Origin: Candidatus Thioglobus autotrophicus
GTDB lineage: Bacteria > Pseudomonadota > Gammaproteobacteria > PS1 > Pseudothioglobaceae
NCBI GenBank assembly: GCA_022448455.1
Contig: JAKUUR010000002.1
Span: 10,241 to 74,240 of the forward strand
Direction: 5' to 3'
Length of the DNA stretch: 64,000 bases
In this document: one piece after another, positions 43,271 through 54,850 of the stretch
How the letters are laid out: each line of letters opens with the position of its first letter
Position numbering within the stretch: position 1 is the stretch's first letter
The notes under the pieces: model-generated
What the model was told of the DNA's origin: nothing
Seen by the model: the letters and a program-made list of their open reading frames with translations, nothing else
Database searches by the model: none
Made by a program: the position numbers and the translations under genes

Positions 43271-44698
43271 TTATATTTGCTCCATAATATATTGCGTTAA
43301 AAGAGCTACCGGTCGACCTGTTGCCCCTTTTTTTGAACCACCAAGCCAAGCAGTACCCGCAATATCTAGGTGAGCCCATCGATAGTCTTTGGTAAAGCGA
43401 GCAAGAAAACAAGCAGCTGTTACAGTACCAGCTTCCCGGCCACCAATATTCGCCATGTCTGCAAAATTAGACTTCAGTAACTCATCATACTCCTCATCCA
43501 AAGGCAATTGCCAGACCGTATCCATCGCATCACTGCCAGCCTTTTTCAAGTCATCTGCTAAAGCTTGGTCATTTGCCATTAATCCAGAGTGGTGCTTACC
43601 TAATGCGATAATCACAGCTCCAGTAAGTGTTGCAATATCAATCACAACTTTTGGACTAAACTTTTCACAATAAGTCAATGCATCACAAAGAATAAGCCTT
43701 CCTTCAGCATCTGTATTTAGAATCTCGACTGTTTGACCCGACATACTTTTAACAACATCGCCAGGCTTAGAGGCATCATGGGCAGGCATATTTTCAACGG
43801 TAGGCACCACAACGGTAAGGTTAACTTTAAGATTCATCTCAGCAACCGCACTCATAACACCTAACACCGATGCTGCTCCACACATATCAAACTTCATTTC
43901 ATCCATCTTGGCGCCAGGTTTTAATGAAATTCCGCCACTGTCAAATGTCACTCCCTTGCCTACCAACACAACTGGCTGATCCTTACCTGCATTATTGTAA
44001 CTAACACTAATCAACTTCCCAGGCTCAGAAGAGCCTTTAGATACTGAGAGCAAAGAATTCATACCTAATACTTCCATTTCGGACTCTTCTAGAACTTCAC
44101 ACTCAAGATTATATTTCTTGGCCAACGACTTTGCTGTTTCGGCTAAGTAACTAGGTGTACAAATATTAGACGGCAAGTCTCCCAACCTTCTAGTCAAAGC
44201 CATACCATTAGCAATCGCCAAGCCTTTATTAATTTCTACAGCGTCATTGTTTTCTGAATAAATACTTACTGCTTCTAGAGTGCCTTTTTCATTTGCCTCC
44301 TTAGCGTCAACTTTTTCGACTTGATAGCTTGCATTTTTTAATACACGCGCTGTCGTTAATTGCACCCAAGACTCATCACGATTATCAATTTGAATATCTG
44401 GTATCACTACATTTTTTACCTTCGCATCAGACAAAGCTGATGAAAGTGAATGAAGCACTTTAATGTAGTTCTTTTCATTGAGTGATGAATCACCTAAGCC
44501 GACAATCAACAATCTCTTTGTTTTATAACCACTCACCTGACTGAGCATCAAAGTTGCTCCAACGATTGCGTCAAATCGGTTCAATTCTAATAGTTTCTGA
44601 AGGTCCTTATTTTGATGAGTTTTGTCCTTGAAAACAAATGCTACGGCACAGTCACCGCTGTAATGTTCTACCGTCTGATGTGTGACAAAAAATTCCAT
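43271..44698 (-). CDS. pepA: Leucyl aminopeptidase (start probably ATG 44698; track gives 44737)
   Basis: GKGVTFDSGGISLKP, MKFDMCGAA, NTDAEGRLILCD, HLDIAG motifs. Confidence 0.96.
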   Translation of the reverse strand: MEFFVTHQTVEHYSGDCAVAFVFKDKTHQNKDLQKLLELNRFDAIVGATLMLSQVSGYKTKRLLIVGLGDSSLNEKNYIKVLHSLSSALSDAKVKNVVIPDIQIDNRDESWVQLTTARVLKNASYQVEKVDAKEANEKGTLEAVSIYSENNDAVEINKGLAIANGMALTRRLGDLPSNICTPSYLAETAKSLAKKYNLECEVLEESEMEVLGMNSLLSVSKGSSEPGKLISVSYNNAGKDQPVVLVGKGVTFDSGGISLKPGAKMDEMKFDMCGAASVLGVMSAVAEMNLKVNLTVVVPTVENMPAHDASKPGDVVKSMSGQTVEILNTDAEGRLILCDALTYCEKFSPKVVIDIATLTGAVIIALGKHHSGLMANDQALADDLKKAGSDAMDTVWQLPLDEEYDELLKSNFADMANIGGREAGTVTAACFLARFTKDYRWAHLDIAGTAWLGGSKKGATGRPVALLTQYIMEQI

Positions 44699-44777
44699 TG
44701 CCTTTCCCGCAAAATTATAATCTTGGTATTCTACCAAAAATCTGTAAAATTTACTTCTTTAATAATGAATTTTCACT

Positions 44778-45497
44778 ATGTATAAGTCACTTTTGTTCTT
44801 GTTTTTGTTATTTGCAAACTCTGCCTATGCAAATATCGAGGAAATCATTAACCGATTACAGCCATATTTCCCGAATATCAGTGCCGAACAAATAAATGAG
44901 TCACAACTAGATGGGTTTTATGAAGTGATCATTACTCAACCCAGGATAGACGTCATGTATATATCTTCTGATGCCCGATATGTTTTGCAAGGTACTGTGA
45001 CAGATTTAATTACAATGTCCAATCTTTCTGCAATTAGAATCAATGCTACAAGAAAGCGGATACTTGATAATATTGATGAAAACAGCAAGATTGTCTTTAA
45101 AGCAGGGAATGAACAGTATATTGTTCATGTTTTTACAGATGTCGATTGCCCTTTTTGCGCAAAATTGCATGCCAATATGGCAGAAATGAATTCCTTGGGC
45201 ATAACAATAAAATATTTAGCTTCACCGCTAGAACAACTACATCCTCAGGCACAAAGTGCTATGGAAAAAATTTGGTGTGCAGAAAACAGGAACCTAGCCA
45301 TACATAATTATAAAACAAAACGTATTTTGCCAGTCAGTGAAGATTGTGAAAATCCTGTAGCTCAACAATTAGCGATTTCAAAGCAATTAGGAGTCAATGG
45401 TACACCTTCAATATTCTTAGAAGATGGCACCAACATACCTGGCTACCAAGATCCAGAAGAGCTTCTTCAAAACATTAAACAAACTCTTGCTCAATAA
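44778..45497 (+). CDS. dsbC: Thiol:disulfide interchange protein DsbC
   Basis: Signal peptide; VFTDVDCPFCAKLH; GVNGTP cis-proline loop. Confidence 0.9.
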   Translation: MYKSLLFLFLLFANSAYANIEEIINRLQPYFPNISAEQINESQLDGFYEVIITQPRIDVMYISSDARYVLQGTVTDLITMSNLSAIRINATRKRILDNIDENSKIVFKAGNEQYIVHVFTDVDCPFCAKLHANMAEMNSLGITIKYLASPLEQLHPQAQSAMEKIWCAENRNLAIHNYKTKRILPVSEDCENPVAQQLAISKQLGVNGTPSIFLEDGTNIPGYQDPEELLQNIKQTLAQ

Positions 45498-46755
45498 AAC
45501 AAACGCTAGAGCCATTGCTCACCAAGCAATTTGTTCAATTGTTTTAAACAAACAATCTCTCTCTGAAGGCATTTTTCCAATTGATTCTGATGATTTGTCT
45601 TTTGCGAAATCTTTAACTTTTGGCTCAATTCGGTTTTATCATCACCTTAACGACGTTATAACACCTCGCTTAAAAAGGCCATTGGAAAAAAAGAATCTTG
45701 ACATTCATTGCTTACTTATTCTGGGTGCATATCAACTTATTCATTCAGATACCCCAATCCATGCAGCAATCAACGAAACCGTAGGTGTTGCCGAGATTAT
45801 CGGAAAACCATGGGCAAAAGGTTTTATTAATGCAATACTTAGAGGCATTGATCGAGACCGAGAGATTATTGAAAATACAAAACATTACTCTCACCCAAGT
45901 TGGCTGATCAAAAAACTAAAGCAAGATTATCCAAAAAACTTTCAAGAAATTCTCATTGAAAACAACAAAAAGGCTCCGATGACGATTCGCGTTCATCCAT
46001 CCATTCAGCGGGATGATTACCAACAGCAGTTACAAAAAATTAATATCTTTAGTCAACCTTCCACTATAGCGCCTCAAGCTTTAATTCTTAATGATGCTGT
46101 TGGTGTGACTAAGTTACCTGGGTTCGAAAATGGCTCTTGTTATGTGCAAGATACTTCTGCACAATTAGCAGCACAATTGATTTCACCTAAAAAAGGTGAA
46201 CTCATTCTAGACGCATGTTGTGCCCCAGGTGGAAAGACAACACACCTAGCTGAACTTTGCTCAGAAGCTAATATCATCGCACTGGACAGTGACAAACAAA
46301 GACTCTCAAAAGTTCGAGAAAACCTTGATCGGTGCAAAAATCATAACATCACTATTCAACAAGGGGATGCAAGAGATCAAGAATGGTGGGATGGTAAGCT
46401 CTTTGATAAAATTTTGCTAGATGCACCTTGCTCAAGTACAGGAGTTATTAGAAGACATCCCGATATTAAGTTACTAAAAAAACCGAAAGATATATCCCAA
46501 ATTACCAAAACTCAATCTTTAATTCTTGGAAATCTCTGGGGACTTTTAAAGCCAGGCGGCCATTTACTGTATGCAACTTGCTCAGTACTAAAGGATGAAA
46601 ATGTTCACCAGATTAGTCAATTCCTAGATAGATTTGAGGATGCAAAAAATGAAAAAATAACACTTCCTTGGGGAGATGGCGATATTGGGAGACAGCAACT
46701 ACCTCAAAAAGAATATGACGGCTTTTACTACGCCAAGCTCAAAAAGGATCGCTGA
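45487..46755 (+). CDS. rsmB: 16S rRNA m5C967 methyltransferase (start probably TTG 45487; track gives 45424)
   Basis: NusB-like N-domain (AAINETV, GFINAILR), VQD.SAQ, LDACCAPGGKT, LLDAPCSSTG..RRHPD, LYATCS motifs. Confidence 0.93.
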   Translation: MLNKTNARAIAHQAICSIVLNKQSLSEGIFPIDSDDLSFAKSLTFGSIRFYHHLNDVITPRLKRPLEKKNLDIHCLLILGAYQLIHSDTPIHAAINETVGVAEIIGKPWAKGFINAILRGIDRDREIIENTKHYSHPSWLIKKLKQDYPKNFQEILIENNKKAPMTIRVHPSIQRDDYQQQLQKINIFSQPSTIAPQALILNDAVGVTKLPGFENGSCYVQDTSAQLAAQLISPKKGELILDACCAPGGKTTHLAELCSEANIIALDSDKQRLSKVRENLDRCKNHNITIQQGDARDQEWWDGKLFDKILLDAPCSSTGVIRRHPDIKLLKKPKDISQITKTQSLILGNLWGLLKPGGHLLYATCSVLKDENVHQISQFLDRFEDAKNEKITLPWGDGDIGRQQLPQKEYDGFYYAKLKKDR

Positions 46756-46770
46756 TAATTCTATTCCTAG

Positions 46771-49107
46771 TTACTTCTCAAGTGCAATATCTAGAACTTG
46801 ATCGATCCATTTCACTTTTATAATTTCGAGGTTACCTTTAATCTTGTCTGGCACTTCAGAAAGTTCACGTTCATTATCATCAGGAATGATTACAGTTTTA
46901 ATCCCGCCCCTCAAAGCAGCAAGTAGTTTTTCTTTTAGACCCCCGATTGGTGTAATCTCACCTCTAAGTGTAATTTCCCCCGTCATAGCTACAGCCGCCT
47001 TTACTTTTCGACCTGTTAATACAGAAACTAAAGCGGTACACATTGCCGCACCAGCACTGGGACCATCTTTTGGTGTGGAGCCATCTGGAACATGAATATG
47101 AATATCAAGTTTTTCATGAAAATCTTCGGCAATTCCTAAGACATCTGCGCGCTGACGAGTGACCGACATTGCAGCTTGAATAGATTCCTTCATAACATCA
47201 CCCAATTGACCAGTGTAATTTAGCTTACCCTTTCCTTTGTAAGCAGAAGCTTCAATAGTCAACAGATCTCCACCTACCGTTGTCCACGCAAGACCAGTCA
47301 CTTCACCAATCTGGTTATGTTCTTCTGCCAAGCCGAAGCGATACTTTTTCATTCCTAAGAATTTTGGCAAACTCTTAGAATTAATTATTGCTTTTGCCTT
47401 ACGCTTTTTGAGAGTTAGATCCTTAACTACCTTTCGACAGATACTGCCAATTTCTCTGTCAAGGTTACGGACACCAGCTTCTCTAGTGTAATAACGGATA
47501 ATGTCCATTATTGCGGAATCTTTAAAAACGATTTCGCTATTTTTGACACCATTATTATTCATCTGTTTTGCAATCAAATGCTGTTTAGCAATTTGCAATT
47601 TTTCATCTTCCGTGTATCCAGAAATCTGAATTACTTCCATACGGTCTACCAGTGCTTGGGGTAGATCTAGAGAGTTCGCAGTTGCTACAAACATTACTTG
47701 TGATAGGTCATAATCGACCTCTATGTAATGGTCATTAAAGGTATGGTTTTGTTCAGGGTCTAACACCTCTAACATTGCTGATCCAGGATCACCTCTAAAG
47801 TCGGATGCCATTTTATCGATCTCATCTAGTAAGAAAAGTGGGTTCTTGACTTTAATTTTCTGCATTTTTTGCACAATTGAGCCTGGCATAGCACCGATAT
47901 AGGTTCGTCTATGACCACGAATCTCTGCCTCATCTCTCACCCCGCCTAGTGCCATTCGAATATATTTCCGATTTACCGATCTGGCAATAGACTCTCCCAA
48001 CGAAGTTTTTCCAACTCCAGGAGGACCAACCAAACAAAGAATATTTGCTTTATTATGCGTGACACGAGTTTGAACAGCCAAGTGCTCCAATATTCGTTCC
48101 TTAACCTTATTTAAACCATAATGATCATCATCCAATATTTTTTGCGCTTTAATTAAATCTTGACTGATTCGTGTCTTTTTACTCCAAGGCACTGAACACA
48201 AATTCTCGATATAGGTTCTGATGATAGAGGCATCAGAAGATTGGGAAGACATTCTCTGTAACTTATTCAGTTCTCCTTGCGCTTTATCTTTGGCTTCTTT
48301 TGGCATTTTTGCTTTGTTGATGCTTGCTTGCAATTCCTCAATCTCATTTTCATCATCAAGGGTGCCAAGCTCTTTCTGAATGGACTTCATTTGTTCATTC
48401 AAATAATAGTCTCTCTGATTAGATTCCATTTGCTTACGAACTCGACTTTGAATTTTTTGTTCAGCACCAAGAACATCTAGCTCACCTTCAAGAATTGTAA
48501 GAATTGCTTCTAATCTATCTTTAGCAAGGGTACTCTCTAGGAGTTCCTGCTTTTCTTCAATTTTAAGATTAATGTTTGCAATGATGACATCACTAAAACG
48601 TTCAATGTCTGTAATCTCTTTAAGTACTTTATATACTTCCTCTGGAATTTTTTTGCTGAGTTTTATATATTTTTCAAAATTTTCTAGAGCCAGACGCATC
48701 ATTGCTTTGATTTCTGTGTCATTCTCGAAGCTTAATGTGCAGTCACTCAGAATAACTTCAGTATGTTCTCCTAAGTCAACAAACTCTTCAATTCTCGATC
48801 GCTTAACTCCCTCAACTAAAACTTTTATAGTTCCATCAGGCAGTTTAAGCAACTGCAGGATTGTCGCCAAAGTGCCAACCTTGTGAAGATCTTCATTTTT
48901 AGGGTCTTCAATAGCTTCATCTTTTTGAGTGACCAAGAAAATATGCTTATCTGCTTCCATGGCATGGGTAATTGCATGAACTGAAGATTTTCTACCAATA
49001 AAAAGAGGGATAACCGTATGTGGAAAAACAACCACATCTCTCAGCGGTAGTAGAGGTATTGATTGCCTCTCTATGCCATTTGACTCTGTTGTGATTTCTG
49101 TTCCCAT
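46771..49107 (-). CDS. lon: ATP-dependent protease La
   Basis: PLLPLRDVVVFP, GPPGVGKTS, LLDEIDK, PKDGPSAG (catalytic Ser), IGGLKEK motifs. Confidence 0.98.
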   Translation of the reverse strand: MGTEITTESNGIERQSIPLLPLRDVVVFPHTVIPLFIGRKSSVHAITHAMEADKHIFLVTQKDEAIEDPKNEDLHKVGTLATILQLLKLPDGTIKVLVEGVKRSRIEEFVDLGEHTEVILSDCTLSFENDTEIKAMMRLALENFEKYIKLSKKIPEEVYKVLKEITDIERFSDVIIANINLKIEEKQELLESTLAKDRLEAILTILEGELDVLGAEQKIQSRVRKQMESNQRDYYLNEQMKSIQKELGTLDDENEIEELQASINKAKMPKEAKDKAQGELNKLQRMSSQSSDASIIRTYIENLCSVPWSKKTRISQDLIKAQKILDDDHYGLNKVKERILEHLAVQTRVTHNKANILCLVGPPGVGKTSLGESIARSVNRKYIRMALGGVRDEAEIRGHRRTYIGAMPGSIVQKMQKIKVKNPLFLLDEIDKMASDFRGDPGSAMLEVLDPEQNHTFNDHYIEVDYDLSQVMFVATANSLDLPQALVDRMEVIQISGYTEDEKLQIAKQHLIAKQMNNNGVKNSEIVFKDSAIMDIIRYYTREAGVRNLDREIGSICRKVVKDLTLKKRKAKAIINSKSLPKFLGMKKYRFGLAEEHNQIGEVTGLAWTTVGGDLLTIEASAYKGKGKLNYTGQLGDVMKESIQAAMSVTRQRADVLGIAEDFHEKLDIHIHVPDGSTPKDGPSAGAAMCTALVSVLTGRKVKAAVAMTGEITLRGEITPIGGLKEKLLAALRGGIKTVIIPDDNERELSEVPDKIKGNLEIIKVKWIDQVLDIALEK

Positions 49108-50402
49108 AATAATGAAACACCTTGCTTACCTAATAATCTCTTTAGATAGTGTCGAGTAACGTTAATTTCAAGTAGCCACTGACCAAATTCATTCATTTTT
49201 TCTTTCTGAATAAAGCCGACTTTATGAATCTCACTTCTAATATAAGCTGACTGAACATCTAACTGAATGCCAGCATAAGTCATCATACCACTCAGACGTT
49301 CAGATAAGGCTTGATAAAGCAAATCTATACCCTCTCCGGTATGAGCTGAAAGCCATACACGGTATATATTTCCTGCATAGTCTTTATCTACTTTTGGATG
49401 AAAATCACTCATTTCATCAATCTTATTCATCACAATTATGCTTGGAATTTCTTGTGCCCCTATTTGTTCAATAATATCTTCAACCTGTTCAATTTTGTCA
49501 CCATTATCATTATCTGAAGCATCAACAACATGAAGAAGAATGTTAGCCTGACGGGTTTCTTCAAGAGTTGATTTGAATGCGGCTACAAGCTCATGAGGCA
49601 AGTCTTGGATAAAACCAACCGTATCTGCAACAACTGCCTCTCCTGCAGCTGGAAGGATAATTCGACGAATAGTAGAATCCAGAGTTGCAAAAAGCTTATC
49701 GTCGGCATAAACATGTGAATTAGTTAACTGGTTGAACAATGTCGATTTTCCGGCATTTGTATACCCGGCAAGTGAAATCATAGGAAGGTCTTTTTTGCGT
49801 CTTGATTTTCGACCCAGGTCATGCTGCTTGTGAACCTTTTCGAGACGCTTGCTAAGATATTTAATACGTTTTGAAATTAATCGCTTATCTGTCTCAAGCT
49901 GAGTTTCACCTGGCCCACGTAGACCAATACCGCCTTTTTGTCTTTCTAAGTGCGTCCAACCCCTGACCAGGCGAGTTGATAAGTGACGTAATTGTGCCAA
50001 TTCGACTTGTAACTTACCCTCAAATGACTTCGCTCTAAGCGCAAAAATGTCTAGAATTAAACCAGTTCTATCCATCACTTGGCATTTTAAGGTTTTTTCT
50101 AGATTGCGCTCTTGTGTGGGTGAAAGTTGAAGCGAAAAAATTACTAAATCAGCTTCATTAATGCTCACAATGGAAGCTAACTCCTCAACCTTTCCTTTGC
50201 CAATGAAGAATTGAGCTCCGATAGAGTTTCTTTTAACTTTGATGGTTTGAACAATGTTGAGCCCAGATGACAGAGCAAGTTGCTTGAACTCATCCATTCC
50301 ATTGGTTTGCTGGCGATTTGAAGTAAGCTCAACATTCACTAATACCGTTCGTTCACCTTGACCTACGGCATCTTTTTGACGGCTAAATAACTCCATAGGC
50401 AT
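49071..50402 (-). CDS. hflX: Ribosome rescue GTPase HflX (alternative start ATG 50396)
   Basis: EGKLQVELAQL, GPGETQLETD, GYTNAGKSTL, DTVGF, NKID motifs. Confidence 0.96.
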   Translation of the reverse strand: MPMELFSRQKDAVGQGERTVLVNVELTSNRQQTNGMDEFKQLALSSGLNIVQTIKVKRNSIGAQFFIGKGKVEELASIVSINEADLVIFSLQLSPTQERNLEKTLKCQVMDRTGLILDIFALRAKSFEGKLQVELAQLRHLSTRLVRGWTHLERQKGGIGLRGPGETQLETDKRLISKRIKYLSKRLEKVHKQHDLGRKSRRKKDLPMISLAGYTNAGKSTLFNQLTNSHVYADDKLFATLDSTIRRIILPAAGEAVVADTVGFIQDLPHELVAAFKSTLEETRQANILLHVVDASDNDNGDKIEQVEDIIEQIGAQEIPSIIVMNKIDEMSDFHPKVDKDYAGNIYRVWLSAHTGEGIDLLYQALSERLSGMMTYAGIQLDVQSAYIRSEIHKVGFIQKEKMNEFGQWLLEINVTRHYLKRLLGKQGVSLLWEQKSQQSQMA

Positions 50403-50435
50403 TATTGAGTCATCTGCATAAAAAAGTGAAAGTCA

Positions 50436-51701
50436 TCAACTAGCTTTTCTAATATTATTTATTTTTTTTTCAGGTAAATAAAGAACCATCGGTTGTTTTT
50501 CCCCTTCAACCACTGCCTTATCAATAATAACCTCTTTTGCACTTGTAGTTGACGGCATTTCATACATAGTATCCAATAATAGATTCTCCAAAATAGCTCG
50601 TAAGCCTCTAGCACCTGTTTTTCTTTTAACGGCAAGCTTTGCAATAGCTACTAATGCAGTTTTTCTAATCGTTAGCTTCACACCTTCGATTGCAAAAAAC
50701 TGTTGAAATTGTTTGACAACGGAATTTTTCGGTTTTGTAAGAATCTCTACCAAATCATCCTCATCAAGTGCACTAAGCGAAGTATGAACAGCTAGACGTC
50801 CAACCAGTTCAGGAATTAAACCAAATTTGATTAAATCGCCTGGCTCCAACAATCTGTATAGTTCAGCGAGTGTTTTTTCACTTTGCTCATCTTTGACATT
50901 TGCAGCAAACCCAATGCCAGTTGCTTTTTCAACTCGTCTGTCTATAACTTTTTCTAAACCATCAAATGCCCCGCCACATATAAACAATATTTTTGAGGTA
51001 TCGACGTCAATTGTTTCCTGGTTTGGATGCTTTCTACCACCCTGTGGAGGTACGGAAGCAATGGTACCTTCTATCAGTTTTAGCATTGCCTGCTGGACAC
51101 CTTCACCAGAAACGTCCCTAGTAATAGAAGGGGAGTCAGATCGGCGTGAAATTTTATCAATTTCATCAATAAAAATAATTCCTTGTTCAGCTTTGTTTGG
51201 ATCAAAGTCACACTTGGCGAGCAAGCTTTTAATAACATTCTCTACGTCGTCACCGACATAACCTGCTTCCGTTAATGTTGTCGCGTCAGCTACAGAAAAA
51301 GGAACATCCAGAAAACGCGCCAGGGTTTGCGCAAGAAGGGTCTTGCCACTACCAGTAGGACCAATCAGTAAAATGTTTGCTTTATCCAACTCAACTTCGT
51401 TGGAGATGTGATCAGTCTTTAAACGCTTATAGTGGTTGTAGACAGCGACTGACAAAACTTTTTTAGCATGAGATTGACCAATAACATATTCGTTCAAGAA
51501 ATTAAATAACTCTTTTGGAGTGTAATTCCAGTCCTGATGTTGGTCTTTTTTCTCTTTATTCGTTTGTTCTTGAACAAGGCTATAACAGGAATCTATACAT
51601 TCGTCACAAATGTAGACCCCAGGTCCGGCTATTAAGCGGGACACCTCATCTTTGTGTTTAGAACAAAATGAGCAATTCAGGTCTTGTGTATTTTGTGCCA
51701 T
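50436..51701 (-). CDS. clpX: ATP-dependent Clp protease ATP-binding subunit
   Basis: CSFC...ICDEC zinc finger, [23 protein letters not shown] motifs. Confidence 0.98.
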   Translation of the reverse strand: MAQNTQDLNCSFCSKHKDEVSRLIAGPGVYICDECIDSCYSLVQEQTNKEKKDQHQDWNYTPKELFNFLNEYVIGQSHAKKVLSVAVYNHYKRLKTDHISNEVELDKANILLIGPTGSGKTLLAQTLARFLDVPFSVADATTLTEAGYVGDDVENVIKSLLAKCDFDPNKAEQGIIFIDEIDKISRRSDSPSITRDVSGEGVQQAMLKLIEGTIASVPPQGGRKHPNQETIDVDTSKILFICGGAFDGLEKVIDRRVEKATGIGFAANVKDEQSEKTLAELYRLLEPGDLIKFGLIPELVGRLAVHTSLSALDEDDLVEILTKPKNSVVKQFQQFFAIEGVKLTIRKTALVAIAKLAVKRKTGARGLRAILENLLLDTMYEMPSTTSAKEVIIDKAVVEGEKQPMVLYLPEKKINNIRKAS

Positions 51702-51715
51702 AGATAAACTAAAAG

Positions 51716-52312
51716 TTATCGTTTTGTAAGTACTTTGTCAATGAGTCCATATTTTACGGATTCACTAGCTGACATAAAATTATCTCGATCAGTGTCCTTT
51801 TGAATAGCCTTCATGCTTTGACCGGTATGTTTTTTTAGAATTGAATTTAACTTGTCTCTGGTCTTAAGAATCTCTTGAGCATGAATATCGATATCGCTGG
51901 CTTGACCAGAAAAACCTCCTAAAGGTTGGTGAATCATGCACCTGGAGTGTGGCAGAGAAAATCTTTTACCTTTTGCTCCAGCAGTTAGCAACAAAGTACC
52001 CATACTTGCAGCTTGGCCAATACAAAGTGTAGAAATATCAGGCTTGATGAACTGCATAGTGTCATAGATAGCTAAACCAGCTGTGACAGAACCGCCTGGT
52101 GAATTGATATATAAATGAATATCTTTATCGGGATTTTCAGATTCTAGAAAAAGAAGTTGAGCGACAACAACATTTGCCGCATAGTCCTCTATAGGGCCTA
52201 CCATAAAAACAACACGCTCCTTTAGTAATCGGGAATAGATGTCGTAAGCTCTTTCAGTTCTACCAGAACTTTCAATTACCATAGGGATTTGATGTAGGTT
52301 TTGTATTGACAT
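51716..52312 (-). CDS. clpP: ATP-dependent Clp protease proteolytic subunit
   Basis: [34 protein letters not shown] motifs. Confidence 0.98.
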   Translation of the reverse strand: MSIQNLHQIPMVIESSGRTERAYDIYSRLLKERVVFMVGPIEDYAANVVVAQLLFLESENPDKDIHLYINSPGGSVTAGLAIYDTMQFIKPDISTLCIGQAASMGTLLLTAGAKGKRFSLPHSRCMIHQPLGGFSGQASDIDIHAQEILKTRDKLNSILKKHTGQSMKAIQKDTDRDNFMSASESVKYGLIDKVLTKR

Positions 52313-52314
52313 AT

Positions 52315-53613
52315 TTAACTTTGTGGGTTCATAATTTCTTGAAAAGTCTTTTCAGTAACATTGACTTTGGCTTCAAGTGCAACATGTTTAGCTACAAGCT
52401 CTTCAACAACAATCGACTCAACACTTGCCAACCTTGAAGGGTCAGAGTTATGCCAATCAATCATTTGTTGCGCACTTTCACCATATTGCATAGACATTTC
52501 CTTTAGTTTAGCATCAACCTGCTCTTTTTCAGGCTTGATTTCTCTATCATTTGCAATTTTATTGACTAGTAGACCCAACTTTACTCTTCTTGAGGCCTCT
52601 TCTTGAAACATGGCTTCAGGAAAATTACCTTTTGAAGGTATACCCTGTTGTTCCATCCTTGCCTCCATATCTTGTTGCAACTTTATTGCCTCTGTACTAA
52701 TGCTGCCCTCGGGAACTTCAAAGTCATTTGCAGTTAAAAGCGCAGTAAAAGCAGCATCTTTGTTTTGCTGAACTACACGAGAACTTAACTCCATCTGCAT
52801 TTGGTTAGACATGTGACTTTTCATCGTCTCGAAATCTTTTTCACCATATTTTTTAGCAAATTCGTCGTCACGCTTCATTTCTTTGGGTGAACCCACTTTG
52901 TTAATCTTTACTTTAAATACAGCTTCCCTTCCAGCTAAATTTTCAACGTGATAATCTTCAGGGAATGTTGCTTTAACTTCTACCGTCTTGCCTGCAGAGA
53001 CATCAATGAGACCTCGCTCAAACCCTTCAATCATTGCACCACGTCCGAGAACGATTTCAAATCCCTCTGCCGCACCACCTTCAAATGACTCGCCATCTAG
53101 CAATCCCTCAAAATCAATTATCAAACGGTCACCATTTTTAGATTTACGTTTAACGGTTTTGTATTCAGTCGCCCTATCTTGTAAATCTTGCAATGCCCTT
53201 TCTTCATCTTCATCAGAAACTGTTGCACTTATTTGATCAATACTCAGGCTCGATAATGGTGCCACACTAACTTCAGGGTACACCTCAAACTCAATTGTAT
53301 AGCTAAAGTTATCACTATTTTCTGTGTCTACAGTGGTTAAAGAGGGTTGCGCAGCTGGAGAAACGTCAGCGTCTGCCAATGCCTCTGCCAACGTTTCACT
53401 CACTACCTCGTTTGTGGCATCTGCTTTGGCACTGGCACCGAAGCGTTGACGCAGAATTGTTGCTGGTATCTTGCCCTTTCTAAAACCATCAATGCGGACT
53501 TTTTTGGCAAGGCTTTGTAAAATAGTGTCCGTTTTCTGGTTGAAAGTATCTATAGGCAATTCAACTGTGAGTGATCTTTTTAACCCTTCAAGTGTGCTTA
53601 ATGAGGTCTTCAT
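52315..53613 (-). CDS. tig: Trigger factor
   Basis: GFRKGK ribosome-binding loop; FKBP domain (MIEGFE..L); upstream of clpP. Confidence 0.96.
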   Translation of the reverse strand: MKTSLSTLEGLKRSLTVELPIDTFNQKTDTILQSLAKKVRIDGFRKGKIPATILRQRFGASAKADATNEVVSETLAEALADADVSPAAQPSLTTVDTENSDNFSYTIEFEVYPEVSVAPLSSLSIDQISATVSDEDEERALQDLQDRATEYKTVKRKSKNGDRLIIDFEGLLDGESFEGGAAEGFEIVLGRGAMIEGFERGLIDVSAGKTVEVKATFPEDYHVENLAGREAVFKVKINKVGSPKEMKRDDEFAKKYGEKDFETMKSHMSNQMQMELSSRVVQQNKDAAFTALLTANDFEVPEGSISTEAIKLQQDMEARMEQQGIPSKGNFPEAMFQEEASRRVKLGLLVNKIANDREIKPEKEQVDAKLKEMSMQYGESAQQMIDWHNSDPSRLASVESIVVEELVAKHVALEAKVNVTEKTFQEIMNPQS

Positions 53614-53674
53614 CTATCTAATCCGTATCTAGTATAAAAAAAACAAGAAATTATACAGGATTTTGCTGTCTAAT

Positions 53675-53699
53675 AAAAAAGGGCAGTTACTGCCCTTTT
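53675..53699 (-). terminator. Intrinsic terminator after the enolase-superfamily gene
   Basis: Minus strand reads AAAA GGGCAG TAA CTGCCC TTTTTT. Confidence 0.8.
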
Positions 53700-53715
53700 A
53701 GTAAAAAAAACTCAA

Positions 53716-54825
53716 CTAAAAGCGTGAGCCCATGTAGCTCACCTGGTACTGCGCCTGAGACAACCATTCTGGGTTTACCTCTAGACCCCAACCCGGTTTA
53801 TGATCCATTAATAGCCGACCTTCAACTATTTTGAAGCTTGGCGAAAATATATTGTCTTGCCAGGGGTAATAATCTAAACCCTCAATTGAAAACTCTAAGT
53901 ACTTACCTGCGTTAGGGATAGAGCCCATAATGTGTGCAGAAAACAATGTCACCAAGGATAAGTTAGCCGAATGTAGAGTTACAGGTAAGTGGGCTTGTTT
54001 GGCTAACTTAGCAACCTCTAAGGTGCGAGTAACACCTCCCATATAACAGACATCGGGCTGTACAATATTCACCACCTGGGTATCTATCATGTGCTTCCAG
54101 ATACGCATATCGTTATCCTGCTCTCCACCACTTATATCAATATTTAATGCATCTTTAACTTGACGGGTCCAGTCAGGTTCCCAGTATGGACAAGGTTCCT
54201 CGAAATGGCTGACACCATAATCTTGTAACATGTGTCCAACCTCAATAGCTTTAGCTGGCGTGTACGCGCTATTGGCGTCCACCAGTAGTGCTACATCATC
54301 ACCTAAAACCTTGCGCACTTGTTTCACAATAGCCTCTGTACGACCAGGCCATTGATCCAAGTCATGACCACATTCTCTCCCTACACGAAATTTGAAGGCT
54401 TTATAACCATACCTCTCTTTGAGATCTAGAAAACGTTCAGCTTCAGCTTCAGGGGTGATTTCACGCTGCATACTCGAAGCATACACTGGCACAGAGTCAG
54501 TATTACCACCCAAAAGTTGACACACACTCTTGTTAGCTTTCTTGGCGTGAATATCCCAAAGCGCAGTATCTAAGCCACACAAACCACGATAAAGATAGGT
54601 TCCAGGGAACTTATGTTCCCGCTCTAACACCTCTCGGTTTAAATCAGTTATGTCGAGACCACTCCAGCCTAGTACATGAGGAGCCACTTGTCGGTGTACT
54701 ACTTGAGCACTTATGTCGGCATTGTAGGCACTAGTTTGTCCCCAACCCTCATCACCTTCGTCGGTACGCACTCGGACCAAACCAATGTATTCGTTGGTAA
54801 AGGTTTCTATGCTAATAATTTTCAT
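53716..54825 (-). CDS. Enolase superfamily enzyme, mandelate racemase subgroup
   Basis: K.FKFRVG; metal ligands VDAN, FEEP, GGEQ; QPD...H acid/base dyad; YLEF; PGWG motifs. Confidence 0.9.
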   Translation of the reverse strand: MKIISIETFTNEYIGLVRVRTDEGDEGWGQTSAYNADISAQVVHRQVAPHVLGWSGLDITDLNREVLEREHKFPGTYLYRGLCGLDTALWDIHAKKANKSVCQLLGGNTDSVPVYASSMQREITPEAEAERFLDLKERYGYKAFKFRVGRECGHDLDQWPGRTEAIVKQVRKVLGDDVALLVDANSAYTPAKAIEVGHMLQDYGVSHFEEPCPYWEPDWTRQVKDALNIDISGGEQDNDMRIWKHMIDTQVVNIVQPDVCYMGGVTRTLEVAKLAKQAHLPVTLHSANLSLVTLFSAHIMGSIPNAGKYLEFSIEGLDYYPWQDNIFSPSFKIVEGRLLMDHKPGWGLEVNPEWLSQAQYQVSYMGSRF

Positions 54826-54850
54826 AATTAATCTCGGTTTAGCTAACTCT

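Noticed and set aside
45424-45486. Long dsbC/rsmB overlap
   Set aside because: Probably a longest-ORF artefact; a later TTG at 45487 reduces the overlap to 11 bp.
43104-52606. Further 60-145 aa ORFs opposite pepA, rsmB, lon, clpX and tig
   Set aside because: Antisense shadows of housekeeping genes with no independent support.
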